Assembly: GCA_035530615.1 (NCBI GenBank)
Contig: DATKUL010000002.1
Span: 948,322-1,012,321, forward strand
Reading direction: 5' to 3'
DNA from: Minisyncoccota bacterium
Lineage (GTDB): Bacteria; Actinomycetota; Actinomycetes; Nanopelagicales; Nanopelagicaceae
DNA: 64,000 nucleotides
The position numbers and the translations under genes are program-made. The notes below the pieces were generated by a model. The model did no database searches. It was not told where the DNA came from and worked only from the letters and a program-made list of their open reading frames with translations. Positions 35,315 to 46,861 of this stretch are shown piece by piece; positions within the stretch are counted from its first letter, which is position 1; every line of letters begins with the position of its first letter.

Positions 35315-35956
35315 TTAAGAAATCCTTTGGAGGAGTCTGGGCGTTCGCGCTGCAATCAGGGCAAGTCCGGAGTTGGGATCAAAAATCTCAACTTGAGAGT
35401 CTGTTCCGCTTACGCCTACATAAACGCTATTTGGGTTGAGCGTGCCGTAATACACAGCGTTTCCATCCTCATTGGTGAAGGCCACAGAATTAGCTTTCTT
35501 GGCATTACTCAAAGTGACCGAGTATGCATCCTTTGTCTGGTACGTGCCGATGACGCGATAATTGGCAGCGGTGTCATCTAGACCGTTGCCATTTGGAAGA
35601 TAGCGCACGTAGTTTTGCGCAGTGCTCACCGAATCGAGTGCGTAGAGTGCGCCTTCCCGCGGGCCCAACCAATAGACAACAAGTCCTTCACCTGCGACAA
35701 CATCTCGAAGTTGGGCTTCACTTAACGCAACTTTTCCATTTGTTGCCAGTAGCGCAAATTTCAAATCTAAACGCGGAGGCTCGAGATAACTAAAAAGTCC
35801 AAAGGTGAGCGCGGAAGACAGCACCACAGTAATTACATATGGCACGAACCGACGATATCTTCTCAAGTTAGGTGAAATTCGCGGCGCGTCACTGTCGGAT
35901 TGTTCGACGTAAAAGACATCGGCCTCGACCTTATGTGCGGTTTTTTCGACTTTCAT
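35315..35956 (-). CDS. Uncharacterised membrane-anchored protein (family P, copy 2)
   Basis: Same architecture as copy 1 (RRYRRFVPYVITVVLSSALTFGLF TM anchor). Tandem paralogue, separated from copy 1 by 338 bp. Confidence 0.7.
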   Translation of the reverse strand: MKVEKTAHKVEADVFYVEQSDSDAPRISPNLRRYRRFVPYVITVVLSSALTFGLFSYLEPPRLDLKFALLATNGKVALSEAQLRDVVAGEGLVVYWLGPREGALYALDSVSTAQNYVRYLPNGNGLDDTAANYRVIGTYQTKDAYSVTLSNAKKANSVAFTNEDGNAVYYGTLNPNSVYVGVSGTDSQVEIFDPNSGLALIAARTPRLLQRIS

Positions 35957-36017
35957 CCATGCCCTTTCGAAATTGGATCCGCGCTTAGGATAACCTCATT
36001 TGAAGTGGACGAGGCCA

Positions 36018-36773
36018 CTAGGCGCTTCCAAAACGTCGATTTCGGCGGCCATACTCCTCGACCGCCCTCCAGAGTGCTCGCCTATCCACATCGGGCCAGA
36101 GAGTGTCCATGAAAATCATCTCGGCATAGACGGACTGCCACGGGAGAAAATTGCTAGTCCGCATTTCACCGGAAAAACGGAGGAAGAGATCGACATCGCG
36201 CATTTCTGGTTCATCCAAATAACTCTTAAAAACTTTCTCATTAATTGAATCGAGGTCTATATTTCCGCCCGCAACGTCACGAACGATCGCAATCGCTGCA
36301 TCCACAATTTCGGCACGACCGCCATAGTTCACGCACATATTTAGCGTAAGGACTTTATTGTCAGCCGTGAGTTGTTCTGCTATTTCTAGTTCCTTAATGA
36401 CACTCTTCCAGAGCTTCTTCGGTCGCCCTACCCAACGAACCCGGACTCCGAGTTCGTTCATCTCATCTCGTCGTCGACGGATGACATCTCTGTTGAACCC
36501 CATCAGAAATTTCACTTCCTCTGGAGATCGTCGCCAATTCTCCGTTGAGAATGCAAAGGCACTTATTTCTTTTATTCCAATTTCTATCGCACCTTCAATC
36601 ACATCAAAGAGTGCGGCTTCACCTGCCTCATGCCCTGCAGTGCGCGGAAGGCCACGATCAGTTGCCCACCTCCCATTCCCGTCCATCACAATAGCAACAT
36701 GCGCGGGAATCATTCCTGGCGAAAATGTAGGCGCACTCACACCTGATCTGTGAGCCTTTGGTCTCTTTGTCAT
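36018..36773 (-). CDS. uppS: Isoprenyl transferase (undecaprenyl-diphosphate synthase family)
   Basis: [13 protein letters not shown] motif and ..[10 protein letters not shown].. ATG 36773 overlaps the recO stop (ATGA). The track start 36821 would overlap recO by 52 nt. Confidence 0.9.
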   Translation of the reverse strand: MTKRPKAHRSGVSAPTFSPGMIPAHVAIVMDGNGRWATDRGLPRTAGHEAGEAALFDVIEGAIEIGIKEISAFAFSTENWRRSPEEVKFLMGFNRDVIRRRRDEMNELGVRVRWVGRPKKLWKSVIKELEIAEQLTADNKVLTLNMCVNYGGRAEIVDAAIAIVRDVAGGNIDLDSINEKVFKSYLDEPEMRDVDLFLRFSGEMRTSNFLPWQSVYAEMIFMDTLWPDVDRRALWRAVEEYGRRNRRFGSA

Positions 36774-37501
36774 GCGCGTTCGACCATTGGCAAACTGCGC
36801 AGTCCCCGCTCTAGGTGCCATTGGAGATAAGCAGCTATCAATCCGCTTGCCTCCCTTCGGTTTCTTCCTTCGCTCGAATCAGCCATTTCCCAATTTCCTG
36901 CTAACAGGGCTGACATCAATTCTAAAGTCTCAACTGCGGGAGTGGCACACGCAGAAGGACGGCAATCCGCACAAACGCTACCGCCTCCTACCAGCGAGAA
37001 ATAGCGGTGTGGTCCAGGTTTTTCGCAACGCGAGCAAATGGTCATTGAAGGTGCATATCCTCCGATCGCCAATGATCGAAGGAGAAAAGCGTCGAGGACA
37101 AGAGAGGGGTCATGGCCATTATCAGTAAGCGCCTTCAATCCCCCAACTACGAGTAGATACTCTTGAAGCGCAGGCTCGTGCTCCTGCGAAGTGAACCTTT
37201 CTGCCGTCTCCAATATCGCAGATGCGATTGTCCAGCGTTGGTAATCTCGCGAAACAAAGTCTCCATAATTTTCAATCGCCTCTACTTGAGTTACGGTGTC
37301 GAAGGTCTTTCCTACAAAAAGTTGGATATCGACATGGCTACCAGGCTCAAGGCGTGCACCAAATTTTGACTTGGTGCGGCGCACGCCCTTTGCCACGCCC
37401 CGAATTCTTCCGTGTTCACGGGTGAGCATCGTGATGATCCGATCAGCTTCCCCTAATTTCTGGGTGCGGAGCACGACCGCTTGATCTCGGTACAGACTCA
37501 T
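36770..37501 (-). CDS. recO: DNA repair protein RecO
   Basis: N-terminal OB-fold pattern ([38 protein letters not shown]) and a Cys4 zinc motif (CSRC...CADC). recO-uppS synteny. Confidence 0.9.
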   Translation of the reverse strand: MSLYRDQAVVLRTQKLGEADRIITMLTREHGRIRGVAKGVRRTKSKFGARLEPGSHVDIQLFVGKTFDTVTQVEAIENYGDFVSRDYQRWTIASAILETAERFTSQEHEPALQEYLLVVGGLKALTDNGHDPSLVLDAFLLRSLAIGGYAPSMTICSRCEKPGPHRYFSLVGGGSVCADCRPSACATPAVETLELMSALLAGNWEMADSSEGRNRREASGLIAAYLQWHLERGLRSLPMVERA

Positions 37502-37524
37502 AGACTTACCGTAATGGCATTCCC

Positions 37525-39315
<1,791 letters not shown>

Positions 39316-39363
39316 TTAAAGGGCCCCGCCACGGCAGCGAAGGAGGAGGCTGCGTAATTTCAT
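39316..39363 (-). promoter_or_regulatory. Candidate leuA leader peptide (MKLRSLLLRCRGGAL)
   Basis: A 15-codon ORF about 75 nt upstream of leuA with three consecutive Leu codons (CTC CTC CTT) plus two more Leu. There is no SD. A TACCCT (TANNNT) hexamer ends 6 nt before the ATG, compatible with a leaderless transcript. I could not draw a convincing terminator/antiterminator pair. Confidence 0.35.
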
Positions 39364-39441
39364 GGCTACAGGGTAGCCGTGAGGTGAGAGAATCGGCAAA
39401 TTATGCGTTGGATTCTGCCCCCCCGAAACCAGAGGATAGAC

Positions 39442-39924
39442 GTGAGTATTAGAAAAGCGGTCATGAGCGATGTACCAGAGATCCTGGCACTTATCCATCA
39501 ATTGGCAGAGTATGAAAAAGCACCTGAACAGGTAGTTGCCACCGAGGAAGACATCAAAAGATCCTTCTTTGGTGAAAATCCGCAAGTCTTCTGCCATGTT
39601 GCCACCCACAACGAGCAAGTTGTGGGAATTGCTATCTGGTTCCTAAATTATTCAACCTGGCTTGGTAAGCATGGTATCTACTTGGAGGACCTATTCGTCA
39701 TTCCGGAGGCACGCGGACAGGGCCATGGGATTGCTCTACTTAAAACGTTAGTAAAAATCTGTGTTGAAAATGATTATGAACGTTTTCAATGGTGGGTGTT
39801 GGATTGGAATGCGCCTTCCATTAAATTCTATGAATCAATAGGGGCAGTGGCTATGGACGAATGGACCATTTTCAGAATCACAGGTGAACCATTAAGTAGA
39901 CTTGCGGGTGAATCGATTCGATAA
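39442..39924 (+). CDS. GNAT-family N-acetyltransferase (diamine/SSAT-like)
   Basis: GTG 39442 follows AGAGGA. IRKAVMSDVPEILALIHQLAEYEK... and the acetyl-CoA motif ..EARGQGHGIALLK.. Confidence 0.8.
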   Translation: MSIRKAVMSDVPEILALIHQLAEYEKAPEQVVATEEDIKRSFFGENPQVFCHVATHNEQVVGIAIWFLNYSTWLGKHGIYLEDLFVIPEARGQGHGIALLKTLVKICVENDYERFQWWVLDWNAPSIKFYESIGAVAMDEWTIFRITGEPLSRLAGESIR

Positions 39925-39939
39925 CCCAACTTGCAGGGT

Positions 39940-40758
39940 CTAAAAAGAGATATCGCGTCTGCGAAAAACAAAGATGCTTGCAGCATATATAGCGAGCGTG
40001 ACAAGAATCGAGCGGGTTGTATAAACAAAATCGAGCCCAGTAAGTAGTGCATTTTTGCCCAGTGCCCACTGAAACGGATTCAAGCCCAGAACTCTGTCAA
40101 AAGTGTGCACGAGTGGTGCCAGCGAGTAAAAGAGAAAACTAGCAAATGCTAGGGCGATCGCACCTCCGAGAGCGATGGATTTTTTTCCGAAGATCGAACC
40201 GAAGAGAGTCGCAACAGCATTAAAGATTATGCCAAGTAACGAACACGAGAAAGAAGCCGCCAGAATCTTTGCGGGGGCGATGGAGATGTCAACAAAACGA
40301 ATCCCAATGAAAAGATTGAGGAAGATAATGAATACAAGTGTGGTCTGTGCGGTAATCGCAGAGAGAATTTTCGTGAATAGCACTCCTGTGCGCGATATTG
40401 GAAGAGTGAGAAGAACATCTGCAGTGCGACGCTCCTCCTCTTGTGCGATGGCATTCGCGCCCCAAGCCGCACCTACAGCGATAAACACCAGAGGAAGCAT
40501 GAAACTAAATAGTTCTGCCGAAAGATAACCCGTGCCGGATGTGTAATCTTCCATTCGGAATATCTTCTGAAGAGCTTCGGGATAATTCTCAATAAAGGTG
40601 TTTAGCCCTGCTGCTGAAGATCTGACAGTTGGAAAGACGGACAGCTGGATACTAATAATTGCCATTGCACCGATGCACCACCCGATGAATCCACGGCGCT
40701 GATCCTTCAACGTCTTAAGAAAGAGTGGCATTGCCATCATTTTCACCTCCTTCGACAA
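39940..40758 (-). CDS. ABC-2-type exporter permease
   Basis: 6 TM segments and no other domains. It overlaps the upstream ABC ATPase gene. Start ambiguous (40731-40758). Confidence 0.7.
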   Translation of the reverse strand: MSKEVKMMAMPLFLKTLKDQRRGFIGWCIGAMAIISIQLSVFPTVRSSAAGLNTFIENYPEALQKIFRMEDYTSGTGYLSAELFSFMLPLVFIAVGAAWGANAIAQEEERRTADVLLTLPISRTGVLFTKILSAITAQTTLVFIIFLNLFIGIRFVDISIAPAKILAASFSCSLLGIIFNAVATLFGSIFGKKSIALGGAIALAFASFLFYSLAPLVHTFDRVLGLNPFQWALGKNALLTGLDFVYTTRSILVTLAIYAASIFVFRRRDISF

Positions 40759-41632
40759 TTGAGAAGAAGATTTCGTCTAGGTTGGATTCGTGAGTTTGAA
40801 CGCTATCCAACCCGTTCTCCACAGCGACTCTTAAGAGTTCTGCCTCCGCGCCGATAACCGTGCATGTGACTCGATTGCCAGATGCCTGTACATCTTTAAT
40901 CCCGTGCACTTCGCTAAAGACATTGGCAGCAATCGGAGAACTGAAGAAAAGATCTATTGTTCTGAGGGTCCGTCTCTTCAAATTCGAAATCTCATCCACC
41001 AGCAGCTGCTTACCAGAATTGATAATCACAACACGATCTGCCAGATGTTCTACTTCGCTCAAAACGTGCGAGGACAGAAGGATGGCCGCGCCTCGAGACT
41101 GAGTTTCGTCAACGAGAGTGCCGAACTCCCTCTGCACAATCGGGTCAAGGCCAGCAGTCGGCTCATCCAGAATCAAGACCGATGGCTTGTGCATGAAAGC
41201 TTGAATTACGCCCACCTTCTGTTGATTCCCCTTCGAAAGTTCCCTTATCTTCCGATCAAGGTCAAGATCAAACCTTTGCGCCATTGACCTAATCTCTTGC
41301 GTGCAATCTTGTCCTCGCATTTTTGCCAGAAAATCCAAATGATCCCAACCCGATAAATTCTCATACAGAGTCGGCGAACCAGGAAGGTAGCCAATCTCTT
41401 TTCGCATCTGGTGTGAGTAGATGCTGACTTCCTCACCCCGTATATGAGCTTGCCCGGATGACAACTTCAAGAGCCCGACAAGCGCCCGCATCGTTGTCGT
41501 TTTTCCTGCCCCATTGGGTCCCAAGAAGCCCATAACTTCACCAGGAAATACCTCAAAGGTAACGTCCATGACACCAAGATCACGACCGTAATACTTGGTT
41601 AAACCCTTGAGAGAAATTGCCGATACTGGCAT
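40715..41632 (-). CDS. ABC transporter ATP-binding protein (ABC-2/DrrA-like)
   Basis: Walker A GPNGAGKTT, signature LSKGNQQKV, Walker B VLILDEPTAGLD. Confidence 0.9.
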   Translation of the reverse strand: MPVSAISLKGLTKYYGRDLGVMDVTFEVFPGEVMGFLGPNGAGKTTTMRALVGLLKLSSGQAHIRGEEVSIYSHQMRKEIGYLPGSPTLYENLSGWDHLDFLAKMRGQDCTQEIRSMAQRFDLDLDRKIRELSKGNQQKVGVIQAFMHKPSVLILDEPTAGLDPIVQREFGTLVDETQSRGAAILLSSHVLSEVEHLADRVVIINSGKQLLVDEISNLKRRTLRTIDLFFSSPIAANVFSEVHGIKDVQASGNRVTCTVIGAEAELLRVAVENGLDSVQTHESNLDEIFFSIVEGGENDGNATLS

Positions 41633-41672
41633 ACCTTCATATTACGTGAGCGATAGGTAATGCGGAAGAGAA

Positions 41673-42551
41673 CTAGAGCCAGTAATCCGTGATGTACTTC
41701 TCGCCTTCATCACAGAAGAAAGTAACGACGTTCTCAACTCCGTACTTCTCTTGAAGTCGCTTCGCAGCGATGAGGTGAGCACCTGAGGATGGCCCGACAA
41801 AGATTCCATGCTCGTTGGCCAGTCGACGCATCTCAACGATTGATTCTTCAGAATGAACGTCCACAAACCCATCGATCACATCTCGATGGCGCTCGATGAT
41901 TCCTGGCACGAATCCATCTGCAATTCCTTCAATAAGATGTTTGGCAATCTCTCCACAAAGAATCGTGCATGACTCTGCAGGTTCCAGCGCAATGACTTTA
42001 CATGCGGGGTTTGCTGCTTTGAGTGCCTGCCCCACTCCGATGATAGTTCCGCCAGTGCCAATGCCTCCAATGACCAAGTCAGGCTTTACGGGCATCTGGC
42101 GGAGTATCTCTTGGCCCAACCACTCACGGTTCTCGTCAACGTTCCACTCGTTATCAAATTGCTGTGGAGCAAAAAAACCAGGGAGCTGACCTACGCGTCT
42201 TGCCTCAGCGAGTGCATCGTTGACGTGGAAATCTCCCATCATGTGAACTTCCGCGCCGAAGGCACGCGAGATGGCGGTTCTCTCTGGACTCATTCCATCA
42301 GGCATGACGACAATCATTTTGTAACCCTTTACAGCAGCAACCATGCTCATCGCGTTTCCCGTATTGCCACTTGATGCCTCAATGATTGTGTCCCCTGGCT
42401 TAAGCAAACCTTCGGTTTCGGCTCGCTCAATAATGTACTTGGCTATACGCGCCTTGATAGAGCCAGAAGGATTGAGGTATTCCATCTTCACCCATATGCC
42501 CTCAATCTGAATGAGCGGTGTATCACCAATAGCATCCAAAATATTTTTCAC
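41673..42551 (-). CDS. PLP-dependent cysteine synthase-family enzyme (second CysK/CysM-like paralogue)
   Basis: NPSGSIKAR (PLP lysine), SSGNTGNAMSMVAA and GIGTGGTIIGVG motifs. GTG 42551 follows AGAGGAA. The track start 42593 is also possible. Confidence 0.8.
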   Translation of the reverse strand: MKNILDAIGDTPLIQIEGIWVKMEYLNPSGSIKARIAKYIIERAETEGLLKPGDTIIEASSGNTGNAMSMVAAVKGYKMIVVMPDGMSPERTAISRAFGAEVHMMGDFHVNDALAEARRVGQLPGFFAPQQFDNEWNVDENREWLGQEILRQMPVKPDLVIGGIGTGGTIIGVGQALKAANPACKVIALEPAESCTILCGEIAKHLIEGIADGFVPGIIERHRDVIDGFVDVHSEESIVEMRRLANEHGIFVGPSSGAHLIAAKRLQEKYGVENVVTFFCDEGEKYITDYWL

Positions 42552-42612
42552 GCAAGGTTCCTCTGTTCTATGTGCATCCCGTGAGAGGAGCAAATCCTAA
42601 GGGCTAACCCAG

Positions 42613-43830
42613 CTATTGAGAAGGAACGCGATTACGCACAGATTTCAGCATGGCCGTGAGTACAAGAAACAGGAAGGCGCCTAGAGAGATCGCAACCATC
42701 GCCCGACCTATATTTACGAAGAGATCATTGAAAAACATGAGGAGGGATGCCGGAGGAAGAAGTAAAAGCCTCCATTTCCATCCTCTGCTCAAAATCGTTT
42801 CTAACTCTCGGTTGAGCGCTGGACCGCGTCCGAGCACGACGGGCAATAAGTAGGTAAGCGCGCCTAATAGTGTTGGGAATAGGAATAAGGTGAAAAGTAA
42901 GAGTATGTGTCCTTCAAGCGCGACGAGTACCTTCTCGGGAGATTTATACGAGAATTGGAGCGCAATATCGACAAGTAGCAAAACTCCTAATCCAACTGCG
43001 CCCGTCAAAAGCATCCATGACCCAGGACGATCAGGCTGCTTCTTCTGCATCGTGAGAATTGCTGGCGTAAGCGTGATGGATGCACCGATCAAGTAAATCG
43101 CTAGCGAAATTCCAAAGAGGATCTGCCAATTTTCAATTGCTGCGAGTATCGACAGACTGGTGCCCATCAGAATAAATCTCAAACCGATGACTGCGGCTCG
43201 AATCGCCCGCTCATGCATCGGAGTCCGCAAGACGGTTGGCCAGAGTGTGACGAGAGTTCCGATAACAGTGATTCCCACCCAACCAAGAAGATTGGCATGA
43301 AGGTGAGCCAGTGCCAATCTCGGTTGCATCAAATCTTCATCAGACTTGAAAGAGTCGATGACTCCCAGGGTAATACCAACCAAAAGGAATAGGGCAGCAA
43401 ATTGATAATACCTAAGCAAGTCAATGAATCGCTTATTGAGGGATCTCTTTATCGCGATCGAAATCCCCTGCAGGAAATAGATTACTGTGCAGACCATTAG
43501 TGAGGCAAAAAATAGAATGAGCCACTTCGCATGAGCCGATACTGAAATCAAAACTCCCACAATTGAAATGTTGAGTAAGAGAATGATTGCCATCTGGCGA
43601 TTGTGATTTTGCGATCGCGTCCAAAGAAGCGCGCGAATGAAGTGATCGCTCCAGGTTATGATCGCGTTTGTCACGGCACCCAACAAAAGTAAGTGCACGG
43701 TCAGCCACGGAGGCTGACCGTTATGTTCACCGCGCTGGACAGCTCCCGAAATTAGAGCTGCCACAAGATAGAGAACAACGGAAGCGTTCGCACGTAAGTG
43801 CCAATCTGCTCGACCAATGCCTGAGGCCAT
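42613..43830 (-). CDS. Polytopic (~12 TM) membrane protein of unknown function
   Basis: A continuous 405-aa ORF starting 3 nt after the glnA stop, strongly hydrophobic throughout. It contains LAHLHANLLGW. I cannot assign a family. Confidence 0.6.
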   Translation of the reverse strand: MASGIGRADWHLRANASVVLYLVAALISGAVQRGEHNGQPPWLTVHLLLLGAVTNAIITWSDHFIRALLWTRSQNHNRQMAIILLLNISIVGVLISVSAHAKWLILFFASLMVCTVIYFLQGISIAIKRSLNKRFIDLLRYYQFAALFLLVGITLGVIDSFKSDEDLMQPRLALAHLHANLLGWVGITVIGTLVTLWPTVLRTPMHERAIRAAVIGLRFILMGTSLSILAAIENWQILFGISLAIYLIGASITLTPAILTMQKKQPDRPGSWMLLTGAVGLGVLLLVDIALQFSYKSPEKVLVALEGHILLLFTLFLFPTLLGALTYLLPVVLGRGPALNRELETILSRGWKWRLLLLPPASLLMFFNDLFVNIGRAMVAISLGAFLFLVLTAMLKSVRNRVPSQ

Positions 43831-43833
43831 GCC

Positions 43834-45150
43834 TTAAAGTATCGGAAGGTACCTGTCTAACTCGTATGCGCTTACCTGGTGTCGGTAGTCATCCCACTCC
43901 GCCCGCTTATTTCGCAGCACATATTCAAATACATGCTCGCCCAGAGTTTCACGGACTAATTCACTCCGCTCCATGGCAATAATCGCCTCATTTAGATCGC
44001 TGGGAAGGGCCGGAGAATTATCAGACTCAGAGAGCTCGTAGCCTTCAGCAACTCCTTTCAACCCCGCCGAGAGCATGACGGCGTAGGCCAAATATGGATT
44101 ACAGGCAGAGTCAGGGGAACGAAATTCAATTCTTGTCGAGTTTTCTTTCTTGGGTTTGTACATGGGAACTCGGACTAGAGCACCTCGACTACTACGTCCC
44201 CAGTTTGCGAGCGCCGGGGCTTCTCCACCTCCATGCAGACGTTTATAAGAGTTAACCCACTGATTAGTGATCGCGGTTATTTCAGATGCATGCTTGAGAA
44301 GGCCGGCTATAAATGATCGGCCGACTTTGGACAAATTGTATTCGTCCTGCGGATCATAAAATGCGTTGTTCTCTCCCTCGAAAAGTGAAACGTGAGTATG
44401 CATTCCAGAGCCTGGGTGGTCAGTAAATGGTTTTGGCATAAAAGACGCATGGAATCCGTGATCCAACGCAACTTCCTTAACAACGTGACGAAATGTCATG
44501 ATGTTGTCTGCGGTGCTCAAGGCATCTGCATAGCGCAAATCAATTTCCTGTTGGCCAGGTGCCCCTTCATGATGGCTGAATTCGACGCTGATTCCCATCG
44601 ACTCCAGCATCGTGATCGCTTGCCGTCGAAAATCATGGCCAATAACTGCCGGGGTCTGATCGAAATATCCCCCCGAATCAATTGGAACTGGACGCTTGCC
44701 AGGTTCGGGGAGTTCTTTGAACAAGAAGAATTCAATTTCTGGGTGGGTGTAACACGTGTACCCCATCGACGCTGCTTTGTTGAGAGTCCGACGAAGGACG
44801 TGGCGCGGATCGGCAAGAGATGGAGAACCATCCGGCATCACAATGTCACAGAACATTCGGGCGGCACCGGGCACTTCAGTTCGCCACGGAAGAATTGCAA
44901 AAGTGCTCGGATCCGGCTTTGCGAGCATGTCGGACTCGCTTACCCGTGCAAAGCCTTCGATTGCAGAGCCGTCGAATCCAATCCCCTCTTCAAATGCGTT
45001 CTCAATTTCGGCTGGAGCGATGGCCACAGATTTTAGAAATCCCAGCACGTCGGTAAACCAGAGACGGACGAAACGGGTATTACGTTCTTCAAGGGTACGA
45101 AGAACAAATTCCTCTTGCTTGGTGACTTGGGCATCACTACTCATAAGCAC
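43834..45150 (-). CDS. glnA: Glutamine synthetase, GlnA2 type (GSI-alpha-like)
   Basis: The N-terminus EEFVLRTLEERNTRFVRLWFTDVLGFLKSVAIAPAEIENAFEEGIGFDGSAIEGFARVSESD closely follows the actinobacterial GlnA2 pattern. MPKPF...GSGMHTHVSLF catalytic region. Confidence 0.9.
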   Translation of the reverse strand: MLMSSDAQVTKQEEFVLRTLEERNTRFVRLWFTDVLGFLKSVAIAPAEIENAFEEGIGFDGSAIEGFARVSESDMLAKPDPSTFAILPWRTEVPGAARMFCDIVMPDGSPSLADPRHVLRRTLNKAASMGYTCYTHPEIEFFLFKELPEPGKRPVPIDSGGYFDQTPAVIGHDFRRQAITMLESMGISVEFSHHEGAPGQQEIDLRYADALSTADNIMTFRHVVKEVALDHGFHASFMPKPFTDHPGSGMHTHVSLFEGENNAFYDPQDEYNLSKVGRSFIAGLLKHASEITAITNQWVNSYKRLHGGGEAPALANWGRSSRGALVRVPMYKPKKENSTRIEFRSPDSACNPYLAYAVMLSAGLKGVAEGYELSESDNSPALPSDLNEAIIAMERSELVRETLGEHVFEYVLRNKRAEWDDYRHQVSAYELDRYLPIL

Positions 45151-45178
45151 ATAGTTTCAATACTGCGTTACGGCTGTG

Positions 45179-45685
45179 TTAAATAACAAAAAACTCCGAG
45201 GTGTCCATGTTGGTCCGATCCCGCACATCCTTGGTAATGACCATATTTGCCCCAATCACAGCCCCGCTACCAATGCTCACATCGCCTAGGACACGGGCGC
45301 CAGCCCCAATAGTGACGCTATCTCCGAGTGTGGGATGGCGCTTACCTTTCCTATAGGAGCGCGCTCCCAGGGTGACATCGTGATAAAGCATGACATCATT
45401 GCCAATAATCGTCGTCTCGCCGATGACAACGCCCATGCCGTGGTCTATGAAGAAGCGACGCCCGATTGTTGCGCCAGGATGGATTTCAATTCCCGTCGCA
45501 CTTCGGGTCAGGTTTGACCAGATTCGCGCGATTGTTTTGAGGTCATGAGTCCAGAGCCAGTGAGCCATACGGTGTCCCCAGATCGCATGCAGACCCGGAT
45601 AGGCAACAAAAACCTCAAACTTATTGCGAGCAGCAGGATCGCGCGCCATAGCAGTCGCAATATCTTCTCGAATGTTTAGACCCAT
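45179..45685 (-). CDS. cysE: Serine O-acetyltransferase
   Basis: [15 protein letters not shown]-terminus and left-handed beta-helix hexapeptide repeats ([20 protein letters not shown]). Lies 3 nt downstream of cysK. Confidence 0.9.
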   Translation of the reverse strand: MGLNIREDIATAMARDPAARNKFEVFVAYPGLHAIWGHRMAHWLWTHDLKTIARIWSNLTRSATGIEIHPGATIGRRFFIDHGMGVVIGETTIIGNDVMLYHDVTLGARSYRKGKRHPTLGDSVTIGAGARVLGDVSIGSGAVIGANMVITKDVRDRTNMDTSEFFVI

Positions 45686-45688
45686 GAA

Positions 45689-46618
45689 TTACTCTGCCAG
45701 ATCTTGGTAGAGAGGGGTTGAAAGGTATCGCTCGCCGAATGAGGGCAAAATGACGACAATGATCTTGCCGGCAAACTCAGGACGTTTGGCAACTTGCGCT
45801 GCCGCCCACAGTGCTGCACCTGAAGATATTCCAGCGAGAATCCCCTCTTCGGCACCTGCGCGGCGCGCATAGGCAAATGCGTCTTCGGCAGAAACATCGA
45901 AGACTTCGTCGTAGATAGATCGGTCCAGATTGTTGGGGATGAAGTTCGCACCGATTCCTTGAATAGGGTGGCCGCTCGCGCTTCCACCGGTAAGCAGTGG
46001 CGAAGCCGCTGGCTCTACCGCAAAAATTTTGATGTCAGGATTTCTCTCTTTGAGAACTTGGCCGATACCCGTAATCGTTCCACCAGTGCCAACTCCCGCA
46101 ACAACCGCCGCCACGGTGCCATCGGTATCACGCCAAATTTCCTCAGCCGTTGTCTTACGGTGAATTTCTGGGTTTGCGTCGTTGTCGAATTGACGCATGA
46201 TGACAGCATCTTCTCCAACTCCCAATTCTTCAGCCTTCGCAATCGCACCACGCATGCCTTCGGCAGCAGGAGTCAATACGAGTTCGGCCCCAAAAGCGCG
46301 CAGGAGCATGCGTCGCTCCTTTGACATTGAATCGGGCATAGTCAAAATGACTTTGTAACCGCGAGCGGCGCCGACCATAGCAAGTGCGATTCCAGTATTT
46401 CCGGATGTCGCTTCCACAATCGTTCCACCAGGCTTTAGTGCGCCTTTTTGCTCAGCCGCATCAACCATCGAAATTCCAATACGATCCTTGACCGAAGCAG
46501 TCGGGTTATAGAACTCAAGTTTGGCGTAGACGTCTGCCGCCGCGCCATCTGTAATACGGTTGAGACGGACAAGAGGTGTGTTACCGACGACCTCAGTGAT
46601 GTTCTTGTAAACCTTCAT
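45689..46618 (-). CDS. cysK: Cysteine synthase A (O-acetylserine sulfhydrylase)
   Basis: [11 protein letters not shown] (PLP Lys), [14 protein letters not shown] and [12 protein letters not shown]. Confidence 0.95.
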   Translation of the reverse strand: MKVYKNITEVVGNTPLVRLNRITDGAAADVYAKLEFYNPTASVKDRIGISMVDAAEQKGALKPGGTIVEATSGNTGIALAMVGAARGYKVILTMPDSMSKERRMLLRAFGAELVLTPAAEGMRGAIAKAEELGVGEDAVIMRQFDNDANPEIHRKTTAEEIWRDTDGTVAAVVAGVGTGGTITGIGQVLKERNPDIKIFAVEPAASPLLTGGSASGHPIQGIGANFIPNNLDRSIYDEVFDVSAEDAFAYARRAGAEEGILAGISSGAALWAAAQVAKRPEFAGKIIVVILPSFGERYLSTPLYQDLAE

Positions 46619-46861
46619 GATTTCTCCAATGCCATAGATATGTCATATTCAAGTTAAATATTTTTTGTTAGAGGATTGTGCTAAAAGTTAAAATTTAAAA
46701 AGGCGAAGAAAGCAATTAAGAACGGCAGGCGCAGGTACTTGCGCGCCCAAAATCAATTACGCGTCTACGCGTAAAGAGCCAATTGCTTATTTCTTGCATG
46801 GGACAATGTTAGCAATGTAATACGAATACGCCACTTGCGAACGGCTCGCATCAAGGGCCGA

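Noticed and set aside
44392-45154. The 214-aa and 132-aa + strand ORFs inside glnA.
   Set aside because: They are antisense to a highly conserved GlnA2 coding sequence and have no independent features.
46700-46800. ACGCGT-containing direct repeat (TACGCGT-C-TACGCGT) and a weak GC hairpin downstream of nadE, considered as a regulatory element or terminator.
   Set aside because: The stems are only about 5 bp and there is no U-tract. The motif occurs once. That is insufficient to call beyond an AT-rich promoter region for cysK.
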